The position numbers and the translations under genes are program-made. Below the pieces are notes generated by a model, which was not told the origin of the DNA, did no database searches, and worked only from the letters and a program-made list of their open reading frames with translations. This document shows, one piece after another, positions 7,532 through 16,637 of a stretch of 64,000 nucleotides of DNA. Source of the DNA: Chthoniobacterales bacterium. Its GTDB lineage: Bacteria; Verrucomicrobiota; Verrucomicrobiia; Chthoniobacterales; UBA10450. The stretch is taken from NCBI GenBank assembly GCA_038234295.1, contig JBBSUP010000001.1, positions 3,493 to 67,492 of the forward strand, written 5' to 3'. Each line of letters opens with the position of its first letter. Position 1 is the first letter of the stretch.

Positions 7532-9139
7532 CTACCTCCGTAGCGCGGTGCGCAGGCCGGAGGCGCGGGTCACCTGTCGGGAAATTGTCGCGCGGAGGAC
7601 GGGCTCGGTGGCCCAGATTTCAACCTCGTCGCGGGCTCGGGTGACGGCGGTGTAGAGAAGTTCGCGCGTGAGAAGCGGTGTATCGGAGTCGGGAAGGATC
7701 ACGAGGACTCGGTCGAACTCTGAGCCCTGGCTCTTGTGCACGGTGAGGGCAAACGCCGTCTCGTGCGGCGGCAGTCGCGACGGAAAAACCCGGCGGCGTT
7801 TGCGTTCGGCGGTCAGAAAAAACGCCCGGAGTTCGCCGCCGCCCTCCGGATCGGGGAGGATGATGCCGCTGTCGCCGTTGAAGAGTCCGAGGTTGTTGTC
7901 GTTCTGCGTGACGGTCAGCGGCTGACCGCGATACCAGCTCTTCTTCGGCGATAATAGTCCGGCAGCGGAGAGAATTTCTTCCGCGACGCTGTTCACGTTT
8001 TCTACCCCGTAGGTTCCATGCCGGACTGCGCAGAGAATCCGAAACTGCTGGAACCGGGTCAGAGCCTCGAAAGGGTCGTCCGTTTCGAGAGCAGGACGAA
8101 AAGCGCCGACCACTTTCTCGCGCAGTGCGTCGGCGAGTTGCGCGGCGGAGGGCAGTGGCTGCCAGCGCTTCGTGTCGCCGATTTCTTCTTTGAGAACGGC
8201 GAGAGCGACATCCGCGTCGCCGGCGTTGATGGCCGTGCTCGCTCGAAAAATTCCGCTGGTCTCCGCGAAGCGATAGCTCTTCTGCAAGGCGACCACGACT
8301 CCGTGCAGCGGTTCGTTAGGCGCAGCATTCTCGGCGGCAGCACAGATATCGGCGAGGACGCTGCCGGCTTCGACGGACGCCAGTTGATCGCGATCGCCGA
8401 GGAGGATGAGACGCCCGTCGGAGCGGACAGCCGCGAAGAGTTTTGCCATCAGAGCGAGATCGACCATGGAGGCCTCGTCAATGATGACGACATCAGCCGT
8501 GAGCAGGTTGTCGGCACGGTGTCGAAAGTAGGGAGAGCCTGGGAGATAGCCGAGCAACCGGTGGATCGTCGTAGCCTTCAGATCTTCCCGCACGACCCGA
8601 ACGGATTCCGTCAACCGGGCCGCCGCTTTGCCGGTGGGCGCCGCCAGCGCGATGCGCAGGTTCTCACCACCCGGTTGTTCGAATAGACGGGTCAGAATCT
8701 TCTTCACCGTCTGGGTCTTGCCGGTGCCGGGGCCGCCGGTGATGACCGTAAAGTTATTCCGCACCGCGCGAGCGGCTGCTAACTCCTGGAGGTCGGCAAT
8801 TTCGCCTAACGAGTCGACCTCTGCCTTCGTCGTGCGGCCGAGGATCGCGGCCGCGAGTTGCTGCTCGTATTCCCAATATCGCCGCAGATAGAGGCGATCC
8901 TCCTCAAGAATAAGCGGCGTGAAGTCTCCCGGTGCTCCCACAACGCCGCTCGCGCGCAACGTCTTCCGCAGACCCGGCGCGGCGATTTCCCCGAGCGCGA
9001 TGCAAACATGCCCCTGCGCGCGGGCGCGACTTACGAACATCGCAGCGTCGCGCACTTCCGCGGAGCCGCTGCTGGCGAGCCGTCCGAGGAAATCGCCGAA
9101 CTGCCGGTCAAGCGCGCTGAATTTCGGCTCCCCGTTCAT
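7532..9139 (-). CDS. recD: exodeoxyribonuclease V alpha subunit
   Basis: Walker A ITGGPGTGKTQTV, SF1 helicase motifs (VIIDEASMV, LILLGDRDQL) and C-terminal ALTVHKSQGSEFDRV. ATG 9139 overlaps the recB TGA (ATGA). The track ORF extension to 9421 is antisense-free read-through into recB. Confidence 0.9.
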   Translation of the reverse strand: MNGEPKFSALDRQFGDFLGRLASSGSAEVRDAAMFVSRARAQGHVCIALGEIAAPGLRKTLRASGVVGAPGDFTPLILEEDRLYLRRYWEYEQQLAAAILGRTTKAEVDSLGEIADLQELAAARAVRNNFTVITGGPGTGKTQTVKKILTRLFEQPGGENLRIALAAPTGKAAARLTESVRVVREDLKATTIHRLLGYLPGSPYFRHRADNLLTADVVIIDEASMVDLALMAKLFAAVRSDGRLILLGDRDQLASVEAGSVLADICAAAENAAPNEPLHGVVVALQKSYRFAETSGIFRASTAINAGDADVALAVLKEEIGDTKRWQPLPSAAQLADALREKVVGAFRPALETDDPFEALTRFQQFRILCAVRHGTYGVENVNSVAEEILSAAGLLSPKKSWYRGQPLTVTQNDNNLGLFNGDSGIILPDPEGGGELRAFFLTAERKRRRVFPSRLPPHETAFALTVHKSQGSEFDRVLVILPDSDTPLLTRELLYTAVTRARDEVEIWATEPVLRATISRQVTRASGLRTALRR

Positions 9140-12100
9140 GACTCGAAAATCGCGCTCAGCTTCTCCACAAACTCCCGGCTCGGCCGTTCGAAGTGCACGC
9201 CGTTCTCCGGCTGCGCCGGATCGAGTCCGCGGAGGAAAATATAAAAAGCCCCACCGAAATGGCGGTCGAAATCGTAATCCGGCAAACGCACCCGCAGGTA
9301 GCGATGAAGGGCCACGCTGTAGAGGCAGAGCTGGAGCGTGTAGAAATTTCGCTGCATCTCCGCCGCGATACTCGCAGGGCGATAAGCGGCCGTGGTCGGG
9401 CCGAGCCAGTTCGATTTCCAATCGGCAATATAGAAACGCCCACCATGCTCGAAAGTGAGATCGATGAAGCCCCTCAGAAAGCCATTGCTGAGCTGAAACT
9501 GGAGTCGTTCGATCGGCAGCGGCATCTGCGCGAGCTGGAAAGCATCGGCGAGCTTCGCGATCGTTAGGCCGCGAATCGGAAAGGAGAACTCCAGTTCCGC
9601 GATCCGGGATTCGTTAGGCACTTCGCTCAGGCTGAAACGATCCGCGCCCGCGGAAAGGGGCAGCGCCACGAGCCGCTGCACATTCTCGAGCACGATCTTG
9701 TCGAACCCATCGATGCCGTAGGCGAGCAGCCGCCGCGCAACGATCTCGCGCGCGTCGGAGAGATCGGCGAAATTTACCTTCTCCAAAATCTCATGCAGAC
9801 AGGTGCCAGCAGTAGTGCCCCGCCGGAAAGCGTGAATCCCCTGCGCCTCGACTACTTCCTCAACAACCGCCTCCACTAGCATTCCTTCGTCGAGCGGTTC
9901 CGCTTCACGTCCGCTGATCAAGCGCGTGAAACTCGTGCTCCCCCAGCTCCGATCGATCTCCACCGCAAATCGGCGTGCGGCGAGCGCGAGCGGAGCTTCC
10001 TCGTGCGCCGGTTTCCATTTCTCTTCGGTCGCTTCCGGAACCAGCGCGAAGTGGATGGCAGCGCTCGTCTCGATCCTCGGCGAGAGCGTTCCGCCCTCGT
10101 CGAGGAGGTAGGCGGGCGCGGACTTGTCGTCCTTTTCTTTCCGCTCCCAGATCATCGTGCAGCGATGCCGCGCGCGGGTCAGCGCGACGTAGAATTGCCG
10201 GAGGCGTTCGGCGCGAGCTTCCTTTTCGCGCTGTGGCTCCTCCGCCTTCGGATCGGCGACATTGAGCGTCAGCCGGCCATCCGCAGAGGCGTCGTGATAC
10301 ACTTTCGGCGCCCTCATCGTGTGCGCGACAAACGGACAAAACACGACGTCGTATTCCAGGCCCTTGCTCTTGTGCACCGTGATGATGCGCACGGCTTTCT
10401 CGTCGCTCTCCAGCCGCAGCTCGTGCTCTTCGCGCTCGGCGAAACCCCCGGCCATCTGTTTCGCGAGCCATTTCACGAGACCGTTCATGCCGAGCTGCTG
10501 CTCCATGCAGGCGGTGTGCAGCAGTTCCGCGAGATGCAGGAAGTTCGTCAGGCGGCGCTCGCCGTCGGGAAACCCAAGCAGCCGCTGGCGCACACCGTGC
10601 ACGGCGGAGAGATGCCGCAGCATCTGGACGAACCCGCGCTCACGCCAGATCTCGTGATCCTTCTGGAAACGCAGCGTCTGCGTTTCCCAAGCCTTCTCAT
10701 CGTTCATGAAACGATCGAGGTCGTTGCCGGTCTGGCCGAGCGCGTCGGTGCAGAGCGCGGCGCGCACGACCTTCTCGTAGGTCGGCTGCACCACGGCAGC
10801 GAGGATGTCGCGCAGCTCATCGGCTTCGTGCGTTGTGAAGATATTCGCGCTGCTGTAGAGCACGCTGGGCACGCGGCGATCGCGCAGCGCGATCTGCATC
10901 TCGGTTGCCTGTTGGTTCGTGCTCGTGAGCACCGCGAACTGACCCGGCGCGAGCGGCGTGCCGCCAATCGTCGCCTCGCTTCCGATCAGCCTAACGATCT
11001 CGGAAGCGACGCGCGCGGGCAGGTCAGCAACTTCTTCCGCCGTCCAAAATTGAAACGGCGGTTCTTTTTTTCCACGGACACGAAGCGGCTGGTCGTCGGC
11101 CTGCGCGTTCGCGGTGACTTTTTCGAAAACGATCTCGTCGAGCAGAAACGGCTTCGGATGATCGAAGATCGTGTTCACTGCCTCGACGAGCCGGCTTTCC
11201 GAACGCCAGTTGGTGGCGAGCGTGAACTTCCGGTCCGCTGCCGCAGCCGCTCGCATGTAGGTAAAAACATCGGCACCGCGGAAGGAGTAGATCGCCTGTT
11301 TCGGATCGCCGATATACGCGACCGGCGCGTCGCTCCCAGCGTAGATGCGCGAGAAAATCTGGTACTGCACCGGATCGGTATCCTGGAATTCGTCGATTAA
11401 GGCCGCCTGATATTTTTCGCGAATCGAGCGCGCCAGCTCCGCCCCGCCCGGTGCCGCGAGCGCATCGTCGAGGCGGGTGAGGAGGTCGTTAAAGGAGAGA
11501 ATGTTTTGCCGTTGCTTCCGTGCCGCCAGCTCCGTGCGCGCGTAGGCGAAAAAATCCACGAGCACCGCGACCGAAAACTCCGCATCGATTTCAAGCAGGC
11601 TTTCGCACAGATCGAAAATGCGTCGTTCAGGCTTTGGATGACGCGCCAGCGTGGCGCTGTGCACCGCCCGCTTGCTTAGCTTGGAGAGGCAGACCAATTG
11701 CTCGACCGTTCCGCCCTTTTCACTCAGGCAGGTGGCGAAATCGTCGAGCCACCCGCTCATCCGCACAAGGTCGGCGTGGACCCGGTTGCGCCCGATCCAC
11801 TTCGTGTCGGCGAAGAGTTGCCGCACACCCTCTTCCTCGTCCTTCCACGCTCCTCGGAGTTGCTCGAGCAACTCGTGTAAGTCAGCCGCAATTTCGCTCA
11901 GTGGACGGTTCGCTTCCGGGAGCACGCGCAGCGTGGGATTGCTCGTGAGTTCCTCGAGCAAACCAAATAATTTTGTCGGCGTGATTTTGTTCTTCAACGC
12001 GAGGAGCGCGGCAAAGCGCTCGCCTTCGTAGAAATGCTTGCGCCAGAAATCGAAGACGATTTCGTTCAACAACTCGGACTGGTTCGTGACCAGCTCGGCG

Positions 12101-12519
12101 TCGAAGAGGGTGCCGCTTTCGAAGGCCCGCTCCGCGAGCACGCGCTGACAGAAACCGTGGATGGTGAAGATCGGTGCTTCGTCGAAATTATTGAGCGCAT
12201 CCTCGAGCCGCTGCACCGCACCCGAGTCGCGCGCGTGCTTCGCGCGCAGATCCTCGAGCACCTTGTCGTCCGAGTGGCCGGAGCGAAAAGCGGCGATCGT
12301 TAGGCGCAGCTTCTCGCGGATGCGCCCGCGCAGCTCCGCGGTGGCGAGCTCGGTGAAAGTGGTGACTAGGATCCGGTCGATCGTGAGCTCCGGCCGTTCC
12401 AGGAGCAGTCGGAGGACGAGCACGGAAATGGTGAAAGTTTTGCCGGTCCCGGCGCTGGCCTCGATCAGCATCGTGCCTTTGCCGATCTCCGTGTTGGGCA
12501 AATCGAACCGCTCGCTCAT
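9136..12519 (-). CDS. recB: exodeoxyribonuclease V beta subunit (helicase-nuclease)
   Basis: 1127 aa with UvrD-type N-terminus EASAGTGKTFTI, ALIDEFQDTDPVQ and ITVHKSKGLEYDVVF. The C-terminal PD-(D/E)XK nuclease motif is GFIDLTFEHGGRFYIADWKSN. The start overlaps the recC stop (ATGA). Confidence 0.92.
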   Translation of the reverse strand: MSERFDLPNTEIGKGTMLIEASAGTGKTFTISVLVLRLLLERPELTIDRILVTTFTELATAELRGRIREKLRLTIAAFRSGHSDDKVLEDLRAKHARDSGAVQRLEDALNNFDEAPIFTIHGFCQRVLAERAFESGTLFDAELVTNQSELLNEIVFDFWRKHFYEGERFAALLALKNKITPTKLFGLLEELTSNPTLRVLPEANRPLSEIAADLHELLEQLRGAWKDEEEGVRQLFADTKWIGRNRVHADLVRMSGWLDDFATCLSEKGGTVEQLVCLSKLSKRAVHSATLARHPKPERRIFDLCESLLEIDAEFSVAVLVDFFAYARTELAARKQRQNILSFNDLLTRLDDALAAPGGAELARSIREKYQAALIDEFQDTDPVQYQIFSRIYAGSDAPVAYIGDPKQAIYSFRGADVFTYMRAAAAADRKFTLATNWRSESRLVEAVNTIFDHPKPFLLDEIVFEKVTANAQADDQPLRVRGKKEPPFQFWTAEEVADLPARVASEIVRLIGSEATIGGTPLAPGQFAVLTSTNQQATEMQIALRDRRVPSVLYSSANIFTTHEADELRDILAAVVQPTYEKVVRAALCTDALGQTGNDLDRFMNDEKAWETQTLRFQKDHEIWRERGFVQMLRHLSAVHGVRQRLLGFPDGERRLTNFLHLAELLHTACMEQQLGMNGLVKWLAKQMAGGFAEREEHELRLESDEKAVRIITVHKSKGLEYDVVFCPFVAHTMRAPKVYHDASADGRLTLNVADPKAEEPQREKEARAERLRQFYVALTRARHRCTMIWERKEKDDKSAPAYLLDEGGTLSPRIETSAAIHFALVPEATEEKWKPAHEEAPLALAARRFAVEIDRSWGSTSFTRLISGREAEPLDEGMLVEAVVEEVVEAQGIHAFRRGTTAGTCLHEILEKVNFADLSDAREIVARRLLAYGIDGFDKIVLENVQRLVALPLSAGADRFSLSEVPNESRIAELEFSFPIRGLTIAKLADAFQLAQMPLPIERLQFQLSNGFLRGFIDLTFEHGGRFYIADWKSNWLGPTTAAYRPASIAAEMQRNFYTLQLCLYSVALHRYLRVRLPDYDFDRHFGGAFYIFLRGLDPAQPENGVHFERPSREFVEKLSAIFES

Positions 12520-15500
12520 GACTGCATCGCCTGGAGGATCGGCAGGAAAATGGCGCGGGTGGTTTCCTGGAAATTCTCGCCGAGCGGCTCAGCGACATTC
12601 CGGAAAGCGAGCGCGAGATAGGGCTCTTCCGACTCCGCCGGCACGCCGCCGTCGTTTTTATCGTAATGAATCCGCTCCCAAATCTTTCGTGCCGCCGCCA
12701 GAGCGTCCTTATCGTTCAAAGAGGCCTCGGCGAAGGCGAGCGAGCTCTTCGGATAAAACGGCAGCGGTTCGCGCAGTCCGCGCCAATACAGGTCGAGCAA
12801 CTCCTGCAACCGATCCTGTGCAAACGCCGGTTCCACCGGCGCGAAATGGTGCTCCACGGGTTTCCCATATTTATCCGCCGTGATCAGGATCGACGGCGTC
12901 TCGGCTTCGCAATTTGCGACGAGATGATAGATCCACGCCGTGAACAGATCCTTCGGCTTGCACGTCGTCTGGCGGTAATGCACGAGTCGGCCGTCGTAAA
13001 TCTTGTCGAACCGCGCCCGGAGCCTGAACCCTTCAATTTCTAGCTGAACGTCGCGCGCCTCGGCCCGTCCGCTGCCGAGATGTTGCCGGACGAGTCCGCC
13101 AAACTTTTCCGCCGCGTCGATCATTTGCCGCAATCGCGATTCGCCGGCGTGACCGGGCGGGAGTTCGCCGTCCGCGCGGATCACAGGGAGCAGCTGGTCG
13201 AAGTCTTCGTCGGCCAGGGCGCGTTGCAGCAGATCCTGCTGCAGGATGTATTTGTCGAGCCCATCGATCTCGAGCGGCTCGAAATCCTCGAGCGCGTTTT
13301 CCTCCCGCGGGGTCCGAAGGTCCAGCCGCTGTTGCGCGAAAAACTTCGCCGGGTTTCCGAAGAACCTGATCAACGTTTCGGCGTCGAGCTGGCGCAATTC
13401 CGGTTCCGGTTCCCCGAGCGGTGACTGGATAAAAACTGGCGGTGTTTCGCGTTCGCCTGCGGCGGCGACACCGGCTGCGCAGTTCTCCTGCGAGTAGCTG
13501 AAGAGCCCGCCGCCAGGATGGAAATAATCAGCGCTGAACGGCTGCAGCCGATGTCGCCTAACGAGTGGCGCCGGCTCCGCGAACGCGAAACTTTCCCCGG
13601 CATAATCGAGCAACTCGCTCACGAGCACGCTCGGCGGGATGGCGCTGTTATCGCGGATCGATTGGCCGACGTAGCTGACGTAAAAGGTCTCCCGCGCCGA
13701 GAGCAGCGCCTCGAGAAACAGGTAGCGATCGTCGTCACTCGTGGAGCGATCGCCGGGGCGCGGATTTTGCGCGATCAAATCGAAACCGGGCGCGCGGGTG
13801 TGGCGCGGATACGCGGTGTCGTTCATCCCGATGAGACAGACGACGCGGAACGGCACCGTTCGCATCGGCTTGAGCGCGCAGAAGGTGACGCGCCCGTCGA
13901 GAAACCGGGCCCCGCTGTCGGCGTTTGCGAGCGCCTGCGTGAGATGCGCGAGGAGCACGTCGAGCGGGACCGCGTCGGTGAAACCGGAGAGCTCCGCGGT
14001 CTCGCCTAACGAGTCGATGACCCGGCGCAGCTGTCGCAGTTCCGGCTCGCGTTCGTCCTCCGAGGAAAAGAAACGCTGCGCGATCTGGCGGAGCGTTTCC
14101 TGCCAATCAAAGAGCGGCCGCGGATGGTCCAGCGTGCCCGCAGCGGCGAAGAGCGCTTCGCTGAATTCCACAAAACGCCCGAGCGTTTCCGCGAGGCTTC
14201 CCTCGATGTTGTCATAGGCGAGAATGCCCTCGAAAAGTTTCTCCCCCCGCGCCGGCGCGGCGTAACCGAGGAGCAACCGATCCAGCCCGGCGCGCCAGCT
14301 GTTTTCCGCAAACGCAGGCAAGCCGAACGCTGCGCGGTGCTCGGCGTCGATGCCCCAGCGGATTCCCGTTTCGGCGATCCAGGTTCGGATGGTTTCCAAA
14401 TCGGAATCGGCGATCTCGAAGCGCCGCCGAAGCGCGCTCGACTCGAGCACGGCGAGAACGCTGCTGGCAGTGAAGCGACTGCCGGCCATCTCGAGGATGC
14501 TCATGAAGGTGTCGATCACGCCGTTCTCCGCGCGCGCGCCGCGATCGGCGATCGTGAACGGGATCCGCAACGGCTCCGGCGCGGTGTCGAAAACCGCGCC
14601 AATAAAAGGCGCGTAAACCCCGATGTCCGGCGCCCTCACCACGATGTCGTGCGGCTTGAGCGCGGAATTCTGCTCGAAGAGCGCGAGCAACTGATCGTGC
14701 AGCACTTCCATCTCACGCATCGGGCTGTGGCAGGAGTGGAACTGGAGTGAATGATCGTCCGGCGCGACCGGCCGCGGCGTGTCGCCGAGCGGATTGTGAA
14801 GCTCGAAAATGTCGCGCTGGATCTGCGTGAGGACGCTGTCGTGAGGCGGCGGCTCGAAGTTTTCGATCTCCTCCGCAGGCTCGAGGTCGGTCACGGTCTC
14901 GAGAAATTGCCGGCCAAGTTTGCCGTAGGACGCGAGCAGGGGATTGCCGCGCTCGAACTGCATCTCGAGCTGCGCGCTCGGCGAGGTCTTGCGTCGGGCA
15001 CGGCTTTCTTCCCGCTCGGAACGAATGTCGCCCCACCAATGCGAGGTCGGCCGCATCACGAAAAGATGCACGTCGGTCGCGCGCGCGAGGTCTTGGAAAA
15101 GCTCGAGATAAAACGTCGGCAAAGTCGAGATGCCGAAAAGCGAAACCCGCGACGGCAGCATCTTCACGTTTTTGCCTAACGACTTCGAAAATTCCCGCGC
15201 CAGCGCCGGCGGATGCAGCCCTTTTGCTGAGCCGACCACCTCCCGCCAAAGCACCGCCTGCCAATGCGTCTCCTCGCCGCTTTCCCAGGCCAGAATCATC
15301 TTCGGCCGGAACGCGATATACTGATCGAATGAGCTCGCAATCTTCTCCGCGAGCTGGAAAAGGCGGAGCTCCGGACGGGGCTGTTCGAGATAGCGCCGAA
15401 GGTCGGCAAACTCCTCGCGGCTCACCAGCTTCGGAAGCAGATGCACGACCCGCCAGGTAAGATTTTCCCGGGCATAGAAGCGCGCGTCGGCCTGGTCGGG

Positions 15501-15734
15501 TAGCGCATTATCCAACAGCCCGGCGACGAAACGCTGCGGGAAAACGAACTCGACATTTGCACAAATTCCCAGCGCTTCCGCGAGCCGCAGCGTGATCCAG
15601 CGGCCCATTCCTGAGCTCTGCACGACCACAATTTCCGGGTCGAAAATTCCACCCGCCGGTTGCCGGACGAGCGCCGCCAGGTCCGCCAGCAGGTGCTCGA
15701 GGCGGTTGCTGGTGTGGAGCTGGAGGCCGGACAT
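12516..15734 (-). CDS. recC: exodeoxyribonuclease V gamma subunit
   Basis: About 1070 aa beginning MSGLQLHTSNRLEHLLADL (alternative ATG 15746). Length, position upstream of recB-recD and RecC-like N-terminus support the call. The track ORF extension to 15881 runs through a repeat element. Confidence 0.88.
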   Translation of the reverse strand: MSGLQLHTSNRLEHLLADLAALVRQPAGGIFDPEIVVVQSSGMGRWITLRLAEALGICANVEFVFPQRFVAGLLDNALPDQADARFYARENLTWRVVHLLPKLVSREEFADLRRYLEQPRPELRLFQLAEKIASSFDQYIAFRPKMILAWESGEETHWQAVLWREVVGSAKGLHPPALAREFSKSLGKNVKMLPSRVSLFGISTLPTFYLELFQDLARATDVHLFVMRPTSHWWGDIRSEREESRARRKTSPSAQLEMQFERGNPLLASYGKLGRQFLETVTDLEPAEEIENFEPPPHDSVLTQIQRDIFELHNPLGDTPRPVAPDDHSLQFHSCHSPMREMEVLHDQLLALFEQNSALKPHDIVVRAPDIGVYAPFIGAVFDTAPEPLRIPFTIADRGARAENGVIDTFMSILEMAGSRFTASSVLAVLESSALRRRFEIADSDLETIRTWIAETGIRWGIDAEHRAAFGLPAFAENSWRAGLDRLLLGYAAPARGEKLFEGILAYDNIEGSLAETLGRFVEFSEALFAAAGTLDHPRPLFDWQETLRQIAQRFFSSEDEREPELRQLRRVIDSLGETAELSGFTDAVPLDVLLAHLTQALANADSGARFLDGRVTFCALKPMRTVPFRVVCLIGMNDTAYPRHTRAPGFDLIAQNPRPGDRSTSDDDRYLFLEALLSARETFYVSYVGQSIRDNSAIPPSVLVSELLDYAGESFAFAEPAPLVRRHRLQPFSADYFHPGGGLFSYSQENCAAGVAAAGERETPPVFIQSPLGEPEPELRQLDAETLIRFFGNPAKFFAQQRLDLRTPREENALEDFEPLEIDGLDKYILQQDLLQRALADEDFDQLLPVIRADGELPPGHAGESRLRQMIDAAEKFGGLVRQHLGSGRAEARDVQLEIEGFRLRARFDKIYDGRLVHYRQTTCKPKDLFTAWIYHLVANCEAETPSILITADKYGKPVEHHFAPVEPAFAQDRLQELLDLYWRGLREPLPFYPKSSLAFAEASLNDKDALAAARKIWERIHYDKNDGGVPAESEEPYLALAFRNVAEPLGENFQETTRAIFLPILQAMQS

Positions 15735-15778
15735 GTTCGCGAACATATCACAGCCGCCACATGCGCCGAGCGACGCGC

Positions 15779-15866
15779 GTGGAGGGACGGGCACTGTCCC
15801 GTCCGCGTTCCGTCGGCCAGCCGGGAACGCCAGCCAGACACGGACGACACGGCGGTCGTCCCTCCA
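15779..15866. repeat. intergenic hairpin repeat, family R2 (GTGGAGGGACGGGC..GTCCCGTCCG ... GGACGACACGGCGGTCGTCCCTCCA)
   Basis: Three copies, at 15779-15866, 21603-21681 and 31040-31118. The outer arms GGAGGGACG/CGTCCCTCC and inner hairpins GGGAC..GTCCC and GACGAC..GTCGTC are self-complementary. Confidence 0.85.
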
Positions 15867-15879
15867 GCACGTCCCAGCC

Positions 15880-15948
15880 ATTGTCCGGGCGGGCGCTTCG
15901 CCTGCCTCGATTAATGAACCGGGGCAACCGAAGCGGTCGCCCTACAAT
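15880..15948. repeat. intergenic hairpin repeat, family R1 (TGTAGGGCGGGCGCTTCGCCTGCC ... GGCAACCGAAGCGGTCGCCCTACA)
   Basis: Copies at 15880-15948, 21531-21593, 30953-31000 and 37550-37604, plus a half copy at 30364-30391. The ends are inverted repeats (TGTAGGGCG / CGCCCTACA; GCGCTTCG / CGAAGCG). Confidence 0.85.
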
Positions 15949-16036
15949 CGCCTCGGCGCCGTCCGATTTAATCAGGCTTGCTTCGTGCGGAAGCGCGGTG
16001 GTATAACCGCGCGAGTTGGGGAAAGCCTGCCGAATT

Positions 16037-16624
16037 ATGAATCCTGAACAAACACCCGACCCGGCGATCCGGGTGAACTTCAATCCCGACAACCGCCCCG
16101 AAGAAGGGGAGGAAGCCGGCAAGGTCGATCGGATCCGCGATATTCTTTTCGGCACGCAGATGCGCGATTACGACGGTCGTTTCCAGCGGCTCGATGAACG
16201 CCTGGGCCGGGAAGCAGCCGAGGCCCGCGGCGAAGTGCAGCGGCGCATCGAAGGTCTCGAGACTTTTCTTAAGGCCGAAGTCCAGGCGCTGACCAACCGC
16301 CTCAACGTCGAGCAATCCGATCGCGTCAGCGCGATCGAAAAACTCGCGCAGGACCTCGCGAACACGGCGCGCGCGCTCGAGGGAAAAATCAAGGGCCTCG
16401 ACGACCAGACCGCGCGGGAGCTACACACGCTCCGCGAACAACTGCTCGAACAATCGAAGGCGCTCAACGCCGAGATCAAAGACAAGCACGACCAGATGAA
16501 AGCCGGCCTGGACCAGGAGGCGGAGAAAATCCGCAACGCCATGACCGGCCGCGAATCGCTCGCCGAGATGTTGAGCGAAGTCGCGCTGCGCCTAAAGAAC
16601 CAGTTTCACGTCCCCAGCGCCTAA
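16037..16624 (+). CDS. coiled-coil protein, unknown function (first gene of GTPase operon)
   Basis: 195 aa from ATG 16037. It shows a heptad-rich Glu/Lys/Leu/Gln composition (RLDERLGREAAEARGEVQRRIEGLETFLKAEVQALTNRL..). The stop TAA lies inside a GCCTAACGA copy, and the next gene starts 14 nt later. Confidence 0.6.
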   Translation: MNPEQTPDPAIRVNFNPDNRPEEGEEAGKVDRIRDILFGTQMRDYDGRFQRLDERLGREAAEARGEVQRRIEGLETFLKAEVQALTNRLNVEQSDRVSAIEKLAQDLANTARALEGKIKGLDDQTARELHTLREQLLEQSKALNAEIKDKHDQMKAGLDQEAEKIRNAMTGRESLAEMLSEVALRLKNQFHVPSA

Positions 16625-16637
16625 CGACCGAGCGAGG

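Noticed and set aside
9140-9421. N-terminal extensions of track ORFs: recD to 9421, recC to 15881, CheB/CheR kinase to 47352, kinase A from 25647, REC-MBL from 20074, DUF427 from 21594, and the beta-helix genes to 25024 and 34135.
   Set aside because: The extensions overlap the preceding gene or repeat elements, are low-complexity, and are followed by internal starts. Those internal starts give ATGA-type coupling, signal peptides or family-typical N-termini.
10003-11400. A 465-aa ORF antisense to recB, and many similar 60-300-aa track ORFs antisense or out of frame within recC, recD, priA, both kinases, the glycosyltransferase (for example 28584-29366) and the CheB/CheR gene (for example 43132-45132).
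   Set aside because: Their translations are Arg/Pro/Gly/Ala-rich with no recognisable motifs. They are fully nested in genes with strong motif support. Long stop-free alternative frames are expected in GC-rich DNA.
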